DNA of 64,000 nucleotides from a virus (Duplodnaviria; Heunggongvirae; Uroviricota; Caudoviricetes). A model generated the notes under the pieces. It had not been told where the DNA came from. It worked only from the letters and a program-made list of their open reading frames with translations, and did no database searches. The position numbers and the translations under genes were made by a program. Shown here in pieces: positions 10,613 through 21,834 of this stretch. Each line of letters opens with the position of its first letter. Position 1 is the first letter of the stretch. The stretch lies in the IMG/VR virus record IMGVR_UViG_3300032167_005013; one strand, given 5' to 3'.

Positions 10613-12760
10613 ATGGCTAGGTTTATAAAGAAAAACAAACAGGAGCAGGTATATGATTCTTCGAAAATCTATAAGTCTATTATTAACGCAATGAAAAGCG
10701 GTAGTGGACTTCTTAGACCAAGAATCGCTCATGTTATTGTTGAGGAGTGTGATGAACGATTCAGCAAAAAAGATTCTGTTGCATCTAAAGATGTTGATAA
10801 GTTTGTAATAAACAAACTTAATGAATATGGGCAGGAACTCACTGCATGTGCTTATGAGCGTTATAAGACGACAAAGGCTTATCAGGAATCAGTTAGCATT
10901 GTTGATGATGCTATTTTTGGGGTGATTGATGGTACTAATACAGCAACTCTTGATGAAAATTCGAATAAAGATGGACAACTTATTTCAACACAGAGGGACC
11001 TTATTGCTGGTATAGAAAGCCGTTCTTATACTGAACGACATATTATGCCTACGCATCTTCTTAATGCTCATAATGAAGGGTTGATTCATGTCCATGATAC
11101 TGATTATATGATTCACAGGGGAATTTTCAACTGTCAGCTTATTAATCTCGATGATATGTTGCAGAATGGAACTGTAATTAATGGTAAGAAGATACGTAAA
11201 CCTAAGTCATTCCAAACAGCATGTACTGTTGCTACTCAGATTTCACTTCAGGTGGCTAATGGACAATATGGCGGCCAAACATTTTCAGTTTCGCACCTTG
11301 CACCATTTGTGAGAATTTCTTTTGAAAAGTGGAAGAAGAAGATTGAAGAAGAATCAAATTTGGTTAATGCAAATCTTTCTGCTAAAGATATCGAAACAAT
11401 TGCGTGGAAAAGAACTCGTGATGAGGTAAAAGGTGGTGTGCAGACAATTCAGTTTCAAGAAAACACATTTAGTTCGTCAAATGGACAGACTCCGTTCGTA
11501 AGTATTTTTATGTGGCTTAACGAGAAACCTGAATATATTAAAGAAACTGCAATGATTATCGAAGAAATGATTAATCTTAGATATGAAGGCATGGAAAATG
11601 AATATGGTGTTAAAGTAACCCCGGCTTTCCCTAAACTTCTCTATGTTCTTGATGAAAATAATGTTCCTCAGGATTCGGAATATCGTTGGCTTACCGACCT
11701 CGCAGTTAAATGTGCAGCAAGACGTATGAACCCTGATTTTATTTCAGCAAAAATCATGAGAGAGCAGTTTGATGGCAACGTATTCCCTTGTATGGGTTGT
11801 AGAAGTTTCCTTTCACCATGGAAAGATAAAAATGGTGAATATAAATTCTATGGTCGTTTTAATCGTGGCGTTGTTACTTTGAATTTGGTTGACATCGCCC
11901 TTTCAGCAAAAGGAGACGAAACACGTTTTTGGGATATTCTTGATGAACGTCTTGAACTTTGTAAGGAAGCGTTGATTCTTCGAGATGGCCTTATTCGTGG
12001 AGCAAAGCCAACAGTATCACCAATTCATTGGATGTACGGTTCAATAGCCCGTCTTGAGAAGGATGGTAATCTTGACCATCTTCTTGATGGAGGTTATAGT
12101 TCAATTTCACTTGGTTACATAGGAGTGTATGAAATGGTAAAAGTCATGAAGGGTTGCTCTAATACTGCACCGGCCGGTGAAGAATTTGCTCTTCGTGTAA
12201 TGGATTATCTTGAAGCAAAAACAATTGAATGGCGAAAGATTAAGGGTCTTCATGGTTGTTCACTTTATGGTACTCCTTCTGAAAGTCTTACCTATAAGTT
12301 CGCTCAGAAAACAGCAAAGCGTTTTGGTGTGATTAAGGATATTACTGATAAGGAATATTTTACAAATTCTTACCATGTAAATGTTCTTGAACCTATTGAT
12401 GCTTTCGCAAAACTTAAGTTCGAGTCTCAGTTCCAAAAGAGAAGCAAGGGTGGTGCGGTTTCTTATATAGAGGTACCTAATATGGATAATAATCTTGAGG
12501 CTCTTTCAGAAATTGTGGATTATATGTATGAAACAATACAGTATGCAGAAATCAATACTCGAAATGGTGATTCATGTGGGGAGTGTGGTTTCATGGGTGA
12601 AATGGCGTGTGATGATGAAGGAACCTGGTATTGCCCGCAATGTGGCTGTACTGATAAAAACAAACTGACAGTTGTCCGCAGAACTTGCGGTTATATAGGC
12701 TCAACTTTTTGGAACAAAGGTAAAACAGAAGAGATTAATGACCGAGTAATGCACATTTAG
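10613..12760 (+). CDS. nrdD: anaerobic (class III) ribonucleoside-triphosphate reductase
   Basis: ATP-cone-like N-terminus, MGCRSFL, YFTNSYH, C-terminal Zn site, RRTCGY glycyl-radical loop. Confidence 0.96.
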   Translation: MARFIKKNKQEQVYDSSKIYKSIINAMKSGSGLLRPRIAHVIVEECDERFSKKDSVASKDVDKFVINKLNEYGQELTACAYERYKTTKAYQESVSIVDDAIFGVIDGTNTATLDENSNKDGQLISTQRDLIAGIESRSYTERHIMPTHLLNAHNEGLIHVHDTDYMIHRGIFNCQLINLDDMLQNGTVINGKKIRKPKSFQTACTVATQISLQVANGQYGGQTFSVSHLAPFVRISFEKWKKKIEEESNLVNANLSAKDIETIAWKRTRDEVKGGVQTIQFQENTFSSSNGQTPFVSIFMWLNEKPEYIKETAMIIEEMINLRYEGMENEYGVKVTPAFPKLLYVLDENNVPQDSEYRWLTDLAVKCAARRMNPDFISAKIMREQFDGNVFPCMGCRSFLSPWKDKNGEYKFYGRFNRGVVTLNLVDIALSAKGDETRFWDILDERLELCKEALILRDGLIRGAKPTVSPIHWMYGSIARLEKDGNLDHLLDGGYSSISLGYIGVYEMVKVMKGCSNTAPAGEEFALRVMDYLEAKTIEWRKIKGLHGCSLYGTPSESLTYKFAQKTAKRFGVIKDITDKEYFTNSYHVNVLEPIDAFAKLKFESQFQKRSKGGAVSYIEVPNMDNNLEALSEIVDYMYETIQYAEINTRNGDSCGECGFMGEMACDDEGTWYCPQCGCTDKNKLTVVRRTCGYIGSTFWNKGKTEEINDRVMHI

Positions 12761-12764
12761 TTCT

Positions 12765-13814
12765 ATGGGAAAATCCGATTTAAAAAGGATATTAGGAATT
12801 ATAGGAAACATTGAAAATAAGCCCCTTGCTTCCGAAATAAGTTTATATAGGAATAATTTAACGGAATCGGAAGCAAAGGCTTTACTTATTGTTGAAAAAC
12901 AACATGTTGCGGGTTTTAAATATAATGCGGCTATTGATGGGGTGATAGATTATATTGAAGACTATGTCTTTATGTCGGATTATAATTCACAGACCAAAAA
13001 TGGTAAGAAAGGATGGATTTTCAATGTACCTTCCAATGTAACACGAGGTTTTGATTTTATTAATAACCTCACACTTAATGTCCAAATCATTGATATGCCT
13101 GAAAGTGAACCTCTAAATAAATCATTGGAATTTGGAAGAGGTGATACTACTGTTAGGAATGACCATGAAATTGTTGATGGTAAATTAAATAGTATATCTA
13201 TTGTTCTAAAAGGATTTTGTGTTGAAGGGGAATTAATTGATTATTCAATTCGTAATGTTCTTTATCATGAACTTAATCACGCTTATGAGACATGGAAAAG
13301 GCAATTAAAATTTTTACAAACAGGTGATTATGAAGATACATTTCTTGTTGCGGGTTTGAAAGCAAATGAAGTTCAAAAGAATTTGACGGACGATAAATAT
13401 GGGAAACACATGGAGAATATTTTCCATCGTTTATGGGATAAATCAGAATTATCTGCTGCGGCAACATCTACCTATTCATACCTTAAGTCAGTTGGAGGAG
13501 TAAGAGAAAATTTACCTAAAGATATACAAAACACTCAGGCGTGGAGCGAATATCAACTTTTGAAAGAATCTATTGCTGAATTAAATAATTACTGGGAACC
13601 GTGGTTTTGGGAAGCATATAGAAATCTTTACAGCGAGAAAAAAAGCATGAGTCCACAAAAATTTAAAAATTGGTTTTTGAAAAGGACTAATGTTTATTTG
13701 AAAAATTATTTTCACTATATGTTATCGGCTGCATTAATGTATTACGATGAAGTGGAGGAACAAATGAGTAACAGAAAAGCATTTAGAAAACTCGGGCCTA
13801 TTAGGAAAGAATAA
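12765..13814 (+). CDS. hypothetical protein with HExxH motif (putative zinc metallopeptidase)
   Basis: LYHELNHAYE. Confidence 0.55.
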   Translation: MGKSDLKRILGIIGNIENKPLASEISLYRNNLTESEAKALLIVEKQHVAGFKYNAAIDGVIDYIEDYVFMSDYNSQTKNGKKGWIFNVPSNVTRGFDFINNLTLNVQIIDMPESEPLNKSLEFGRGDTTVRNDHEIVDGKLNSISIVLKGFCVEGELIDYSIRNVLYHELNHAYETWKRQLKFLQTGDYEDTFLVAGLKANEVQKNLTDDKYGKHMENIFHRLWDKSELSAAATSTYSYLKSVGGVRENLPKDIQNTQAWSEYQLLKESIAELNNYWEPWFWEAYRNLYSEKKSMSPQKFKNWFLKRTNVYLKNYFHYMLSAALMYYDEVEEQMSNRKAFRKLGPIRKE

Positions 13815-13875
13815 ACATTAAAGGGAGGTTAATAACCTCCCTTTTTAATTCAATTTCTTATGTTTGTTTAAACAA

Positions 13876-15819
13876 CTATTGCTCATCTTCCATATTGAGA
13901 GATAATTGCTTCCCGTAATTTTCTTTTGGTACAATTTCGACGATAATCCAATATGTTGACTGTTCAGGGGCATACCTATGTGCTATTTGTTTATAAAAAA
14001 TTCCGTTAGGCATTTCAGCCGATTTTTTTACAGCATCAATGACTTGTTTGATGTCATATTTTGAATTTGCTGCAGGCCTACATGCATATGCGGCATATTC
14101 CCTCCCCTGTTTATCTTTAATTTCTTGACTGTCATAATATGACCAACCCATTGTGTCAAGGACATTGCTCAATGTTGCGGGGTCTATACAATCAATATAA
14201 TCGGGAATATACTCTTCATCCTCATTATCGCGGTCATTATCAAAATTCTGCCAATCGTAAATGTCTGAAAAGGCTTCCATTAATTGTCGTTTTACTGATT
14301 CAGTCACCATTTTACGAAGTTCTGATTCGGTTATCTTTGCTTTAATGGCCTTTTTATTTTCCTTGGTGAACATATAATTAGAATCCTCAAGGTCTTCGAG
14401 GTCTCTTGTACCATCTACCCACTTGTCCATGAGTTTTCTTCCCTGACGGTTTTCAGCATCTGAAAAATACTGTTCGCGGTTTCTTAGTTCGGCCTGGTTG
14501 TCTGCTGCAGTGTGTTGTCTCCATTCGCCGAAATCCTTTTCTGTTTCACGACTTCCCCAATCATAATCCATCTGACTTTCTCTGTCTGCAGGGTAATTCT
14601 CATCATCTTCCGGGCGAACGTTATCATTTACCGGGTCTTCATCTGTGCTATACCAAAGTTCAGATTCTTTTATAAGTTTACCGATTTGTTTTTCAAGGGC
14701 TTCGTAAAGGAACGAATTCAAGTCATTTTCACTCATTTTAACGATTTTAGACTCACTCATAGTATCTGTTTCATCTATTGTATTCTCATTTTCAGATGTA
14801 TTATCCCCTTTCTCTATTATTTCGGCTGTCATATTAAGTATTTCAGGTATTAATTCAGGCTTAACCATCATATATTGTTGCCCACTACCACTAATTCTAC
14901 TTGAATCTTTAAGGAGTTCTTTAGACTTACTTACAATAACATCCCTTACTCCTTCGAGGTCATCTTCTCCGTTAATGGCATTACAAACTCTGTTCATTGC
15001 CATCTTCAAATTACTATTCCCAACCTCTCCATTTCTATTGTTAAAATTTTTTCGCAGGGCTTCAACAATACCATCCGCAACTTTTTCAATCATAGGGTCA
15101 GTATCCTTTTGTCTAAATAAATCAAGTATGCCTTCATTAATGTTCATAATGGTAGCCAACAGTTCTTGTGGAAGAACAGACTTATCGAGAGACTCATCAT
15201 TTATATCGGTCAGTCTAATACGACTCCCCATTTTAACCAATGAATACATTGTGTTGTCAGTGTTGTTCTTAACAACAAATATTTTTCCTCGTTGTGAAAG
15301 TTGTTGGAACATACCGCCATCAGCACCCTGTGCGGCCCATGGCCACATTGTACCCTTTCCATAATGTTCCGCACATTCCGGAGTGTTAATTTCAAGAACT
15401 TTGAAACCCCCATTATCAAAAACTACTGGACAATTTAATGAATTTTCTTGTGTCTGAATCTCGTCGTCACTCATATCCGCCTTTTCGTTAGCGATATCCA
15501 CAGCAATATAATGAAGGTCTTCAAGAGAACGCACCCCACTAATATCGGGAACATTTTTTCCAACTTTTGTTGCTTTTGCTAAAATTGCGATATCCTCTCC
15601 CGCTTGTTGAATATCTGATTGTGTGGGGTTGAATTTAAGAAGAAGTTTTCCCCATTCTGACAGGTCATCCCCGTTTGATTCAGGGTCAATTTCAATGATT
15701 TTATTAAGTATATAATCATCTACCTCAGGATAATAAGCATCTCTAAATGCCTCGGCTTTACCTTCGTTTAAAAAACGGTAGAATGTACGTCTTATTTCAT
15801 TTATTTCCATAAAATACAC
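13876..15819 (-). CDS. large acidic protein with ITESE repeats (possible virion internal protein)
   Basis: 647 aa; MSENDLNSFLYE and ITESELRKMVTESVKRQLME; TATTTAT box upstream. Confidence 0.7.
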   Translation of the reverse strand: MYFMEINEIRRTFYRFLNEGKAEAFRDAYYPEVDDYILNKIIEIDPESNGDDLSEWGKLLLKFNPTQSDIQQAGEDIAILAKATKVGKNVPDISGVRSLEDLHYIAVDIANEKADMSDDEIQTQENSLNCPVVFDNGGFKVLEINTPECAEHYGKGTMWPWAAQGADGGMFQQLSQRGKIFVVKNNTDNTMYSLVKMGSRIRLTDINDESLDKSVLPQELLATIMNINEGILDLFRQKDTDPMIEKVADGIVEALRKNFNNRNGEVGNSNLKMAMNRVCNAINGEDDLEGVRDVIVSKSKELLKDSSRISGSGQQYMMVKPELIPEILNMTAEIIEKGDNTSENENTIDETDTMSESKIVKMSENDLNSFLYEALEKQIGKLIKESELWYSTDEDPVNDNVRPEDDENYPADRESQMDYDWGSRETEKDFGEWRQHTAADNQAELRNREQYFSDAENRQGRKLMDKWVDGTRDLEDLEDSNYMFTKENKKAIKAKITESELRKMVTESVKRQLMEAFSDIYDWQNFDNDRDNEDEEYIPDYIDCIDPATLSNVLDTMGWSYYDSQEIKDKQGREYAAYACRPAANSKYDIKQVIDAVKKSAEMPNGIFYKQIAHRYAPEQSTYWIIVEIVPKENYGKQLSLNMEDEQ

Positions 15820-15920
15820 CTTATTTTATTCTAATAAATAGTCATTTAATTCAAAGTATTTTTGGTGATTAAAAATATTGTTCCTATATTTGCAACAGAA
15901 AAACTTTTAATTAATAAAAA

Positions 15921-17144
15921 ATGAAAGAAACAGAAATTACAAATCAAAATGTCGACATGAAACTGAATCTGTGCGATGCGGCCACTTATTCTCAGGTAGA
16001 TGGTCTTTCTCTTCAGAATCTTTTCTATGTCAAGAACAATTATTTCCCGAATGCATACATGTTCTCGCGTTCGGCACGAGGCGGCGATAATTATTTTGAT
16101 ACCCCGCGTATTCTTGAATATTTTAAGGCAAATGTGCCTGAGGATGAAAATGCTCAATATGTAGTATATTCGTGTGAGGACATGGATACTCATGAGGAAC
16201 AAATGGGTTTTTCCATTATTCTTAATAAGAGTAATATTTTCGCCCGTATTGAAAACAACATCACAGAATCTTACATTCTTTATGGTGCTGATAATAAGGA
16301 GGCCCTCGGGAAGTTTATTGCTGTGTTGAAACAGTTTTATGTAGCCCCTGAGGAAGAGAAGAATAACCTTTTCCTTGTTGCTCAGGATGCTTCCGGTTTC
16401 AAACTCAATAAATGGCATATCAAGGAAGTTGAAGGGTTTGACATTAAGAAGCAGTATAATGATGATTTTCCTGAAAATGATGGCATTATCAGAGATTTTA
16501 TTGACGAGGAAAATAAGTCGGGCCTCTTGATTCTTCATGGTCCTAAGGGTACAGGTAAGACAACATATATTAGAAATCTTATATCTTCTTACCCTAACAA
16601 GAAGTTCGTCTTTATCCCATCAGGACTTATCACTATGTTTGGTGAACCATCATTTGGTAATTTCCTATTGTCATTGTCCAATAGTATCATCATTCTTGAG
16701 GATTGTGAAGGTGTGATTCGCTCACGTAAGTCTACCGGTTCATCATCAGCAGTCTCTCTACTTCTTAATATGGGTGATGGGCTTATGTCTGATGACCTTG
16801 GTATTAAGTTCATCTGCACGTTTAATGATGATTTCAAGAACATTGATGAGGCGCTTCTTAGAAAGGGAAGACTCGCATGTATGTATGAATTCAAGAATCT
16901 TAAGAGCGATAAGGCTAATGCTCTCATTAAGGAAGTCATTGACAGTAAAGTAGATAAGTATACCGAACAGATTGGTGCGCTTGGTGATAGCGAGGATGAT
17001 ATTGCTAAAAAGAATCGTCTTACTGCTAAGATTGAAAAGTTAAAAGATATTCTTAATTATAATGTTGGGGATATGTCATTGGCTGACATTTACAATGCTG
17101 ACGACACATCATTTGTCAACGAGAAAAAGAAAATTGGTATTTAG
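15921..17144 (+). CDS. AAA-family ATPase
   Basis: HGPKGTGKT Walker A, IIILED Walker B, ALLRKGR; TATATTTG promoter box upstream. Confidence 0.85.
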   Translation: MKETEITNQNVDMKLNLCDAATYSQVDGLSLQNLFYVKNNYFPNAYMFSRSARGGDNYFDTPRILEYFKANVPEDENAQYVVYSCEDMDTHEEQMGFSIILNKSNIFARIENNITESYILYGADNKEALGKFIAVLKQFYVAPEEEKNNLFLVAQDASGFKLNKWHIKEVEGFDIKKQYNDDFPENDGIIRDFIDEENKSGLLILHGPKGTGKTTYIRNLISSYPNKKFVFIPSGLITMFGEPSFGNFLLSLSNSIIILEDCEGVIRSRKSTGSSSAVSLLLNMGDGLMSDDLGIKFICTFNDDFKNIDEALLRKGRLACMYEFKNLKSDKANALIKEVIDSKVDKYTEQIGALGDSEDDIAKKNRLTAKIEKLKDILNYNVGDMSLADIYNADDTSFVNEKKKIGI

Positions 17145-17145
17145 T

Positions 17146-17364
17146 ATGGCAAAAGAACAACCTATAATCGTTGAGGGAGTGGTTGAAGAAACCCTCCCCA
17201 ATGTTATGTTCCGAGTTCGTTTGGATTGTAATGGAGCATTGATACTATGTCAGGCCTGTGGAAACATGAGACGTAATTATATCAAACTTATTGAAGGTGA
17301 TAGAGTGCGTGTTGAGATGAGCCCATATGATATGACAAGAGGCCGAATTGCACGTAGACTTTAA
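17146..17364 (+). CDS. infA: translation initiation factor IF-1
   Basis: [44 protein letters not shown]; 72 aa. Confidence 0.95.
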   Translation: MAKEQPIIVEGVVEETLPNVMFRVRLDCNGALILCQACGNMRRNYIKLIEGDRVRVEMSPYDMTRGRIARRL

Positions 17365-17387
17365 TAATATTAAAAATATATTTAGAT

Positions 17388-17861
17388 ATGTATAACAATT
17401 TTTTGGAAACATTTTTTGGCGAACTTAATGATTTCGTGGGTCATGGAGTTTCGTCTGCACGTAGAGAATATGGAAAGGGTCTTGAATGCGAGTGTAATGA
17501 AAACACATATAAGAATTGCACTTGCGAACAGATATTAAAGAAGGCAACTAATTTTGGATGGGAGACAAATTCTGATAATAGCGGTTACTACCTTAATCAA
17601 GGAGTTCCTTGTGGGAAAAAGGATTGCGAGATTGAGGTTGTTGATAACACATATGTTAAAATAACCTACAATACCAAAGAGAAATTTGACGGTAATGGTT
17701 TTTCACACACAAGTAATAGAAACGGAGTATTCAGACTTACCCTACCATCTGATGCTGATGCTTCCACCCTTAAGGCAACATATGACGATAATATGATTTG
17801 TTTTACTGTTGAAAAAGTTAAAGAGGGTCCTAAAGGAACATTTAAAGTTGAACTTAATTAA
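17388..17861 (+). CDS. Hsp20/alpha-crystallin-like protein
   Basis: FRLTLPSDADASTLKATYDDNMICFTVEK resembles the Hsp20 C-terminal core. Confidence 0.6.
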   Translation: MYNNFLETFFGELNDFVGHGVSSARREYGKGLECECNENTYKNCTCEQILKKATNFGWETNSDNSGYYLNQGVPCGKKDCEIEVVDNTYVKITYNTKEKFDGNGFSHTSNRNGVFRLTLPSDADASTLKATYDDNMICFTVEKVKEGPKGTFKVELN

Positions 17862-17956
17862 TCAATTTAACCGAGAATTTAAAAAAGTTCTCGGTTTTTT
17901 TGTTAGTTTGGCATAATATTTGTATATTTGCAATCGTACTAAAAAAAAAGAGTGTT

Positions 17957-18814
17957 ATGTTTGAAAGTAATTTGGATTATGCTAATGTGCATAAAGTGAT
18001 GGTCAATCACTTATGTAATTATATTGTTAACAATAAACTGAGAGCCGCTGTTCTTGGTATTTCTGGGGGCATTGATAGCACAGTGGTGGCTTATATGTTG
18101 GATGAAGTAAAGCGGAAATTAGATGAGGAAGAATACCCATTTTATTTCGTAGGGCTTAGTATGCCAACAGAAACCACTGATAAAGACGAATTTAGGATTT
18201 CAGAACTTGTTGGCCATGCCTTTTGTAAAGATTTCAGGGTTCTTGACATAACCAATGAAAGTCAATCCATTACCGTTCCTCATATTGGTAGTGGTGTCTA
18301 TATGACACTTAATGATAAAATTCGCCTCGGTAATGTAAAATCGAGATTGAGAATGATTCATCTTTACGATATTGCAAAAGCTTATGGCGGTATTGTTATC
18401 GGCACGGATAACAAAACGGAAAAGGAACTCGGTTTTTCAACCATTGGCGGCGATGCGCTTTTCGATTTCTGCCCAATTCAGCACCTATGGAAAACTGAAG
18501 TCTATGGACTCGCCCAATATTATAAAGAAAGGGAGATAAAAATGTGCCATTGGGAAAAGGTTTATGCTCTTGATGAATCAATCAACATACCACCTCAGGC
18601 AGGACTTGGTATTAGTTTAACTGATATGGGTGAAATTGGCGCTCCTGATTATTATGCTGTGGATACTGTTCTTTATAATGATGAGAATGGGCTCCCTCAG
18701 CCTGAACATGATTATGTCGAGACTGTTCTTAAAAGAAAGAAGGAAAATGCATATAAGAAAAATCTCCCAATTATTATGCCAAGACATGCATTAGAGGAGG
18801 TGATGGGATGTTAA
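17957..18814 (+). CDS. nadE: NH3-dependent NAD+ synthetase
   Basis: LGISGGIDS, GNVKSRLRM, GTDNKTE, GFSTIGGD, LWKTEV. Confidence 0.9.
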   Translation: MFESNLDYANVHKVMVNHLCNYIVNNKLRAAVLGISGGIDSTVVAYMLDEVKRKLDEEEYPFYFVGLSMPTETTDKDEFRISELVGHAFCKDFRVLDITNESQSITVPHIGSGVYMTLNDKIRLGNVKSRLRMIHLYDIAKAYGGIVIGTDNKTEKELGFSTIGGDALFDFCPIQHLWKTEVYGLAQYYKEREIKMCHWEKVYALDESINIPPQAGLGISLTDMGEIGAPDYYAVDTVLYNDENGLPQPEHDYVETVLKRKKENAYKKNLPIIMPRHALEEVMGC

Positions 18815-20565
18815 CAAATAGTTTGATATTGGGTGATGCTGCAGAAAAATTACAGACATTTGATGATGAATGTATTGACTGTGTGATAACAAGCCCACCT
18901 TACGACAATTTGAGACGGTACAATGGTGTGGGTGACACTTGGAATCATGATAAGTTTAAAACAATCGCTAAGGAACTTGTAAGAGTGTTGAAACCCGGTG
19001 GTGTAATTGTTTGGGTTGTTAATGATAAAACCGAAAAGGGTAGTAAGACAGGGACTTCGTTTAGACAATGTCTTCATTTCATGGAACTTGGTTTGAACCT
19101 GAATGATACCATGATATGGTGTTTATCTGGTGGTCAGCATTTGTATGTAAAATCTCAAAAGGGGGTTATGCCAATGGCCATAAAAGATATGGTAAGGTTA
19201 GAACCGAGTACAGTACAATTATGGGATGGAGTAAAATGGGTGAATGTTGTTGGATGGAAAGAAAATAAAAATACGAATGTTAAAACCAGAATTCAACTAA
19301 GAAGTGGTGAGAACATCTATTGCACAAAAGAACATCGATGGGTTTTAGAAAATGGTGATGAGGTTCTTACTAAAGATTTAAAGGTTGGGGATGTTTTAAA
19401 AATGTGTAAATTACCCGAAACAGATGAACATAATCCTTTTATTTTAACCGATGACATATTATGGTTATTAGGTTTATATATTGCTGAAGGTAGTCATGCT
19501 GATGATACTATACAATTCTCATTATGTTCAGATGAATTTCCATGGGTTGAAAAAATTAATTCTACCATTTTATCAGTAGGTGGGACAACAACATACACCT
19601 TAAATGGTAATATCCTTAATGTTAGATGTTATTCAAAAGTTTTTAATGCCATTATAAGTCAATATATTGGGGGGAGAACTGCAAAAGATAAACATCTTAA
19701 TAGTATTTGTTGGAAATTACCGAATGATAAATTAAAGAAAATCATGGAAGGCTATCTTGATGGGGATGGTGGTTTTGATGAAAAAAATAAAAGATGGCGT
19801 TTGGGTTTTACGGAAAATAGTTATTGGGAAAGAGACCTTAGAACTTTAGCAGCAAGATTAGGGGCTAAATTAACTTTGCTCAGAAAAGGGGCAAGAATAA
19901 AATCTTTAAATAAAATATATCCATCATTAAAGGGTGAATGGCGGTGGTCACAGTCCGACCATTATAACAATAAAAAAATGTCTGAAATTCTTCTTATAAC
20001 AGAAGAAAAAAAGAAAGATTGTGATAAAATGTGGGATATTGAGGTTGATAGTGATGAACATATTTTCTCGTTGTCAAGTGGTGTAATTACTCATAATTGT
20101 AAAACGAATCCGTTACCAGTTGTTAAACAACCACGTTATAACCCTGTATTTGAATACATGTTTGTTTTCAGCAAGGGCGTACCCAAAACATTTAATCCAT
20201 TAATGGAACCATGTAAATGTGCGGGGCAGAAATACGATTCAACATGTAAAAACATGGGAGGGGAAAATGGTAGAACCCATAAAACTTTTAATATTAATAA
20301 AGAAAAGGTAATGGGAAATATTTGGGAGATTGCAGTTGCACAGAATAAGACTGTACACCCTGCGGTATATCCAATAGAAATACCTCTTCGTCATATTAAG
20401 AGTTGGACAAATGAAGGTGATATCGTCCTTGACCCGTTTATGGGAAGCGGAACAACAGCATTGGCTGCTTTACAATTGAATAGAAAATTCATTGGCATTG
20501 AAATGAATGAAGAATATTATAATTTATGTAACGAAAGAATTTTAAAATATGAAAGAAAAACTTAA
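18808..20565 (+). CDS. N4-C/N6-A DNA methyltransferase (beta class) containing an intein
   Basis: ITSPPY motif IV precedes DPFMGSGTT motif I; HPAVYP. Confidence 0.9.
   Translation: MLTNSLILGDAAEKLQTFDDECIDCVITSPPYDNLRRYNGVGDTWNHDKFKTIAKELVRVLKPGGVIVWVVNDKTEKGSKTGTSFRQCLHFMELGLNLNDTMIWCLSGGQHLYVKSQKGVMPMAIKDMVRLEPSTVQLWDGVKWVNVVGWKENKNTNVKTRIQLRSGENIYCTKEHRWVLENGDEVLTKDLKVGDVLKMCKLPETDEHNPFILTDDILWLLGLYIAEGSHADDTIQFSLCSDEFPWVEKINSTILSVGGTTTYTLNGNILNVRCYSKVFNAIISQYIGGRTAKDKHLNSICWKLPNDKLKKIMEGYLDGDGGFDEKNKRWRLGFTENSYWERDLRTLAARLGAKLTLLRKGARIKSLNKIYPSLKGEWRWSQSDHYNNKKMSEILLITEEKKKDCDKMWDIEVDSDEHIFSLSSGVITHNCKTNPLPVVKQPRYNPVFEYMFVFSKGVPKTFNPLMEPCKCAGQKYDSTCKNMGGENGRTHKTFNINKEKVMGNIWEIAVAQNKTVHPAVYPIEIPLRHIKSWTNEGDIVLDPFMGSGTTALAALQLNRKFIGIEMNEEYYNLCNERILKYERKT
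19120..20097 (+). mobile_element. 326-aa intein with LAGLIDADG homing endonuclease
   Basis: Starts CLSGG after TMIW; ends ITHN followed by C; block B CTKEHRW; LLGLYIAEG and MEGYLDGDG. Confidence 0.92.
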
Positions 20566-21061
20566 TATTGCTTTAGTTGCGCATGATGCAAGAAAGCAGG
20601 AACTAATGGAGTGGGTTAGACATAATATACAGACTCTTAATAACCATACTCTATACGCTACAGGAACGACAGGACGTTTAATAACTGAGGAGTTTTATCA
20701 CTACGAATTACCTAATTTGCATATATGGGATGAAGAAAGTTATCAGAAAGCACTTGATGAATATTATGGGGAAAAAATTGTAAAACTTCTCTCAGGCCCT
20801 CTAGGTGGGGACCAACAGATAGGTGCTATGATTGCTGAAGGGAAAATTGATATCCTTATATTTTTCTGTGATAATCTAATCACTCAAGGTCATCAACAGG
20901 ACGTTGGTGCTTTGGTTAGATTGGCATCATTATATAACATACCTTTTGCGACAAATCGTACTACAGCGGATATGATTATCACATCTTCACTTTTGGATGA
21001 TGTGAATTATGAAAGAATAGTTCCGGATTGCATTAATCGTTATAAGAATAGGAAATTGTAA
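20549..21061 (+). CDS. mgsA: methylglyoxal synthase
   Basis: IALVAHD.RK, ATGTTG, SGPLGGDQQIG, ATNRTTAD. Confidence 0.93.
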   Translation: MKEKLNIALVAHDARKQELMEWVRHNIQTLNNHTLYATGTTGRLITEEFYHYELPNLHIWDEESYQKALDEYYGEKIVKLLSGPLGGDQQIGAMIAEGKIDILIFFCDNLITQGHQQDVGALVRLASLYNIPFATNRTTADMIITSSLLDDVNYERIVPDCINRYKNRKL

Positions 21062-21064
21062 ATT

Positions 21065-21391
21065 ATGTGTGAAAATATTTCAAACCCACATCCGTTAGGG
21101 GTGCCAAGAGCACATCATATTACTAAGGTTCTTATTAAAAGAGGGAACGGTAAAAACCATGATTATATATTAGATGATGGGGAGGTTGCATATAATAGGA
21201 CTGATAAAGAATTTTATGTTGGGGATGGTAATACACCCATAAGAGATTTGAAATCTTATAATAATATTGTTGAAGGGGATAATGGTATAATATATTTGGT
21301 TAGAGTTGATGAAAATGGAATTCCCGAAGCAAAAGAATTTGTAGTGAATAGTAAAAATGGTAATAAATTTAAATTTAAAACAAAAGAATAA
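21065..21391 (+). CDS. small protein with hyaluronidase/Mtd-N-like tail-fibre motif
   Basis: LDDGEVAYNRTDKEFYVGDG. Confidence 0.5.
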   Translation: MCENISNPHPLGVPRAHHITKVLIKRGNGKNHDYILDDGEVAYNRTDKEFYVGDGNTPIRDLKSYNNIVEGDNGIIYLVRVDENGIPEAKEFVVNSKNGNKFKFKTKE

Positions 21392-21834
21392 TGGAAAAAA
21401 GAATACAGACTGACCTTGTGTCAGCAATGAAAGCAAAAGATAGTGTGAGACTTGCATCTATCAGGGCAATTAAGACTGCGATAACAGTAGCAAAAACAGC
21501 GCCTGGTGCTCCTTCAGAACTTACTGATGGTGATATACAGAAGATTATTCAGAAACTCGTTAAACAGCGTAAGGATTCTGCAGAACAATATATCGCCGCA
21601 GGACGACAGGAACTTGCTGATAATGAACTTGCTGAAATGAATATAATGGAAGAGTATCTTCCAAAGCAACTTTCTGAAGATGAAATTAGAGATATTATTC
21701 TTAGTAGAATGGTGCAGTCTAATGTTCCGTGCAACATGGGTGTTGTTATGAAGTATTTTAAAGAAAATTACTCAGGGCAGTATGATGGTAAAATGGTGTC
21801 TTCTATTGCTAAAGAAATGTTAGGGCAGTTATGA
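21391..21834 (+). CDS. GatB/YqeY domain protein
   Basis: AMKAKD..IRAIK..KQRKDSAEQY..GRQELADNE..YLPKQLSE. Confidence 0.92.
   Translation: MEKRIQTDLVSAMKAKDSVRLASIRAIKTAITVAKTAPGAPSELTDGDIQKIIQKLVKQRKDSAEQYIAAGRQELADNELAEMNIMEEYLPKQLSEDEIRDIILSRMVQSNVPCNMGVVMKYFKENYSGQYDGKMVSSIAKEMLGQL

Noticed and set aside
15846-16538. 230-aa minus-strand ORF and the many other antisense or overlapping ORFs in the track
   Set aside because: They are shadows of well-supported genes on the opposite strand or frame, with no motifs or promoters.
15921-17144. AAA ATPase as the sigma54 enhancer-binding activator
   Set aside because: No GAFTGA loop, no GESGTGKE-type Walker A and no C-terminal HTH.
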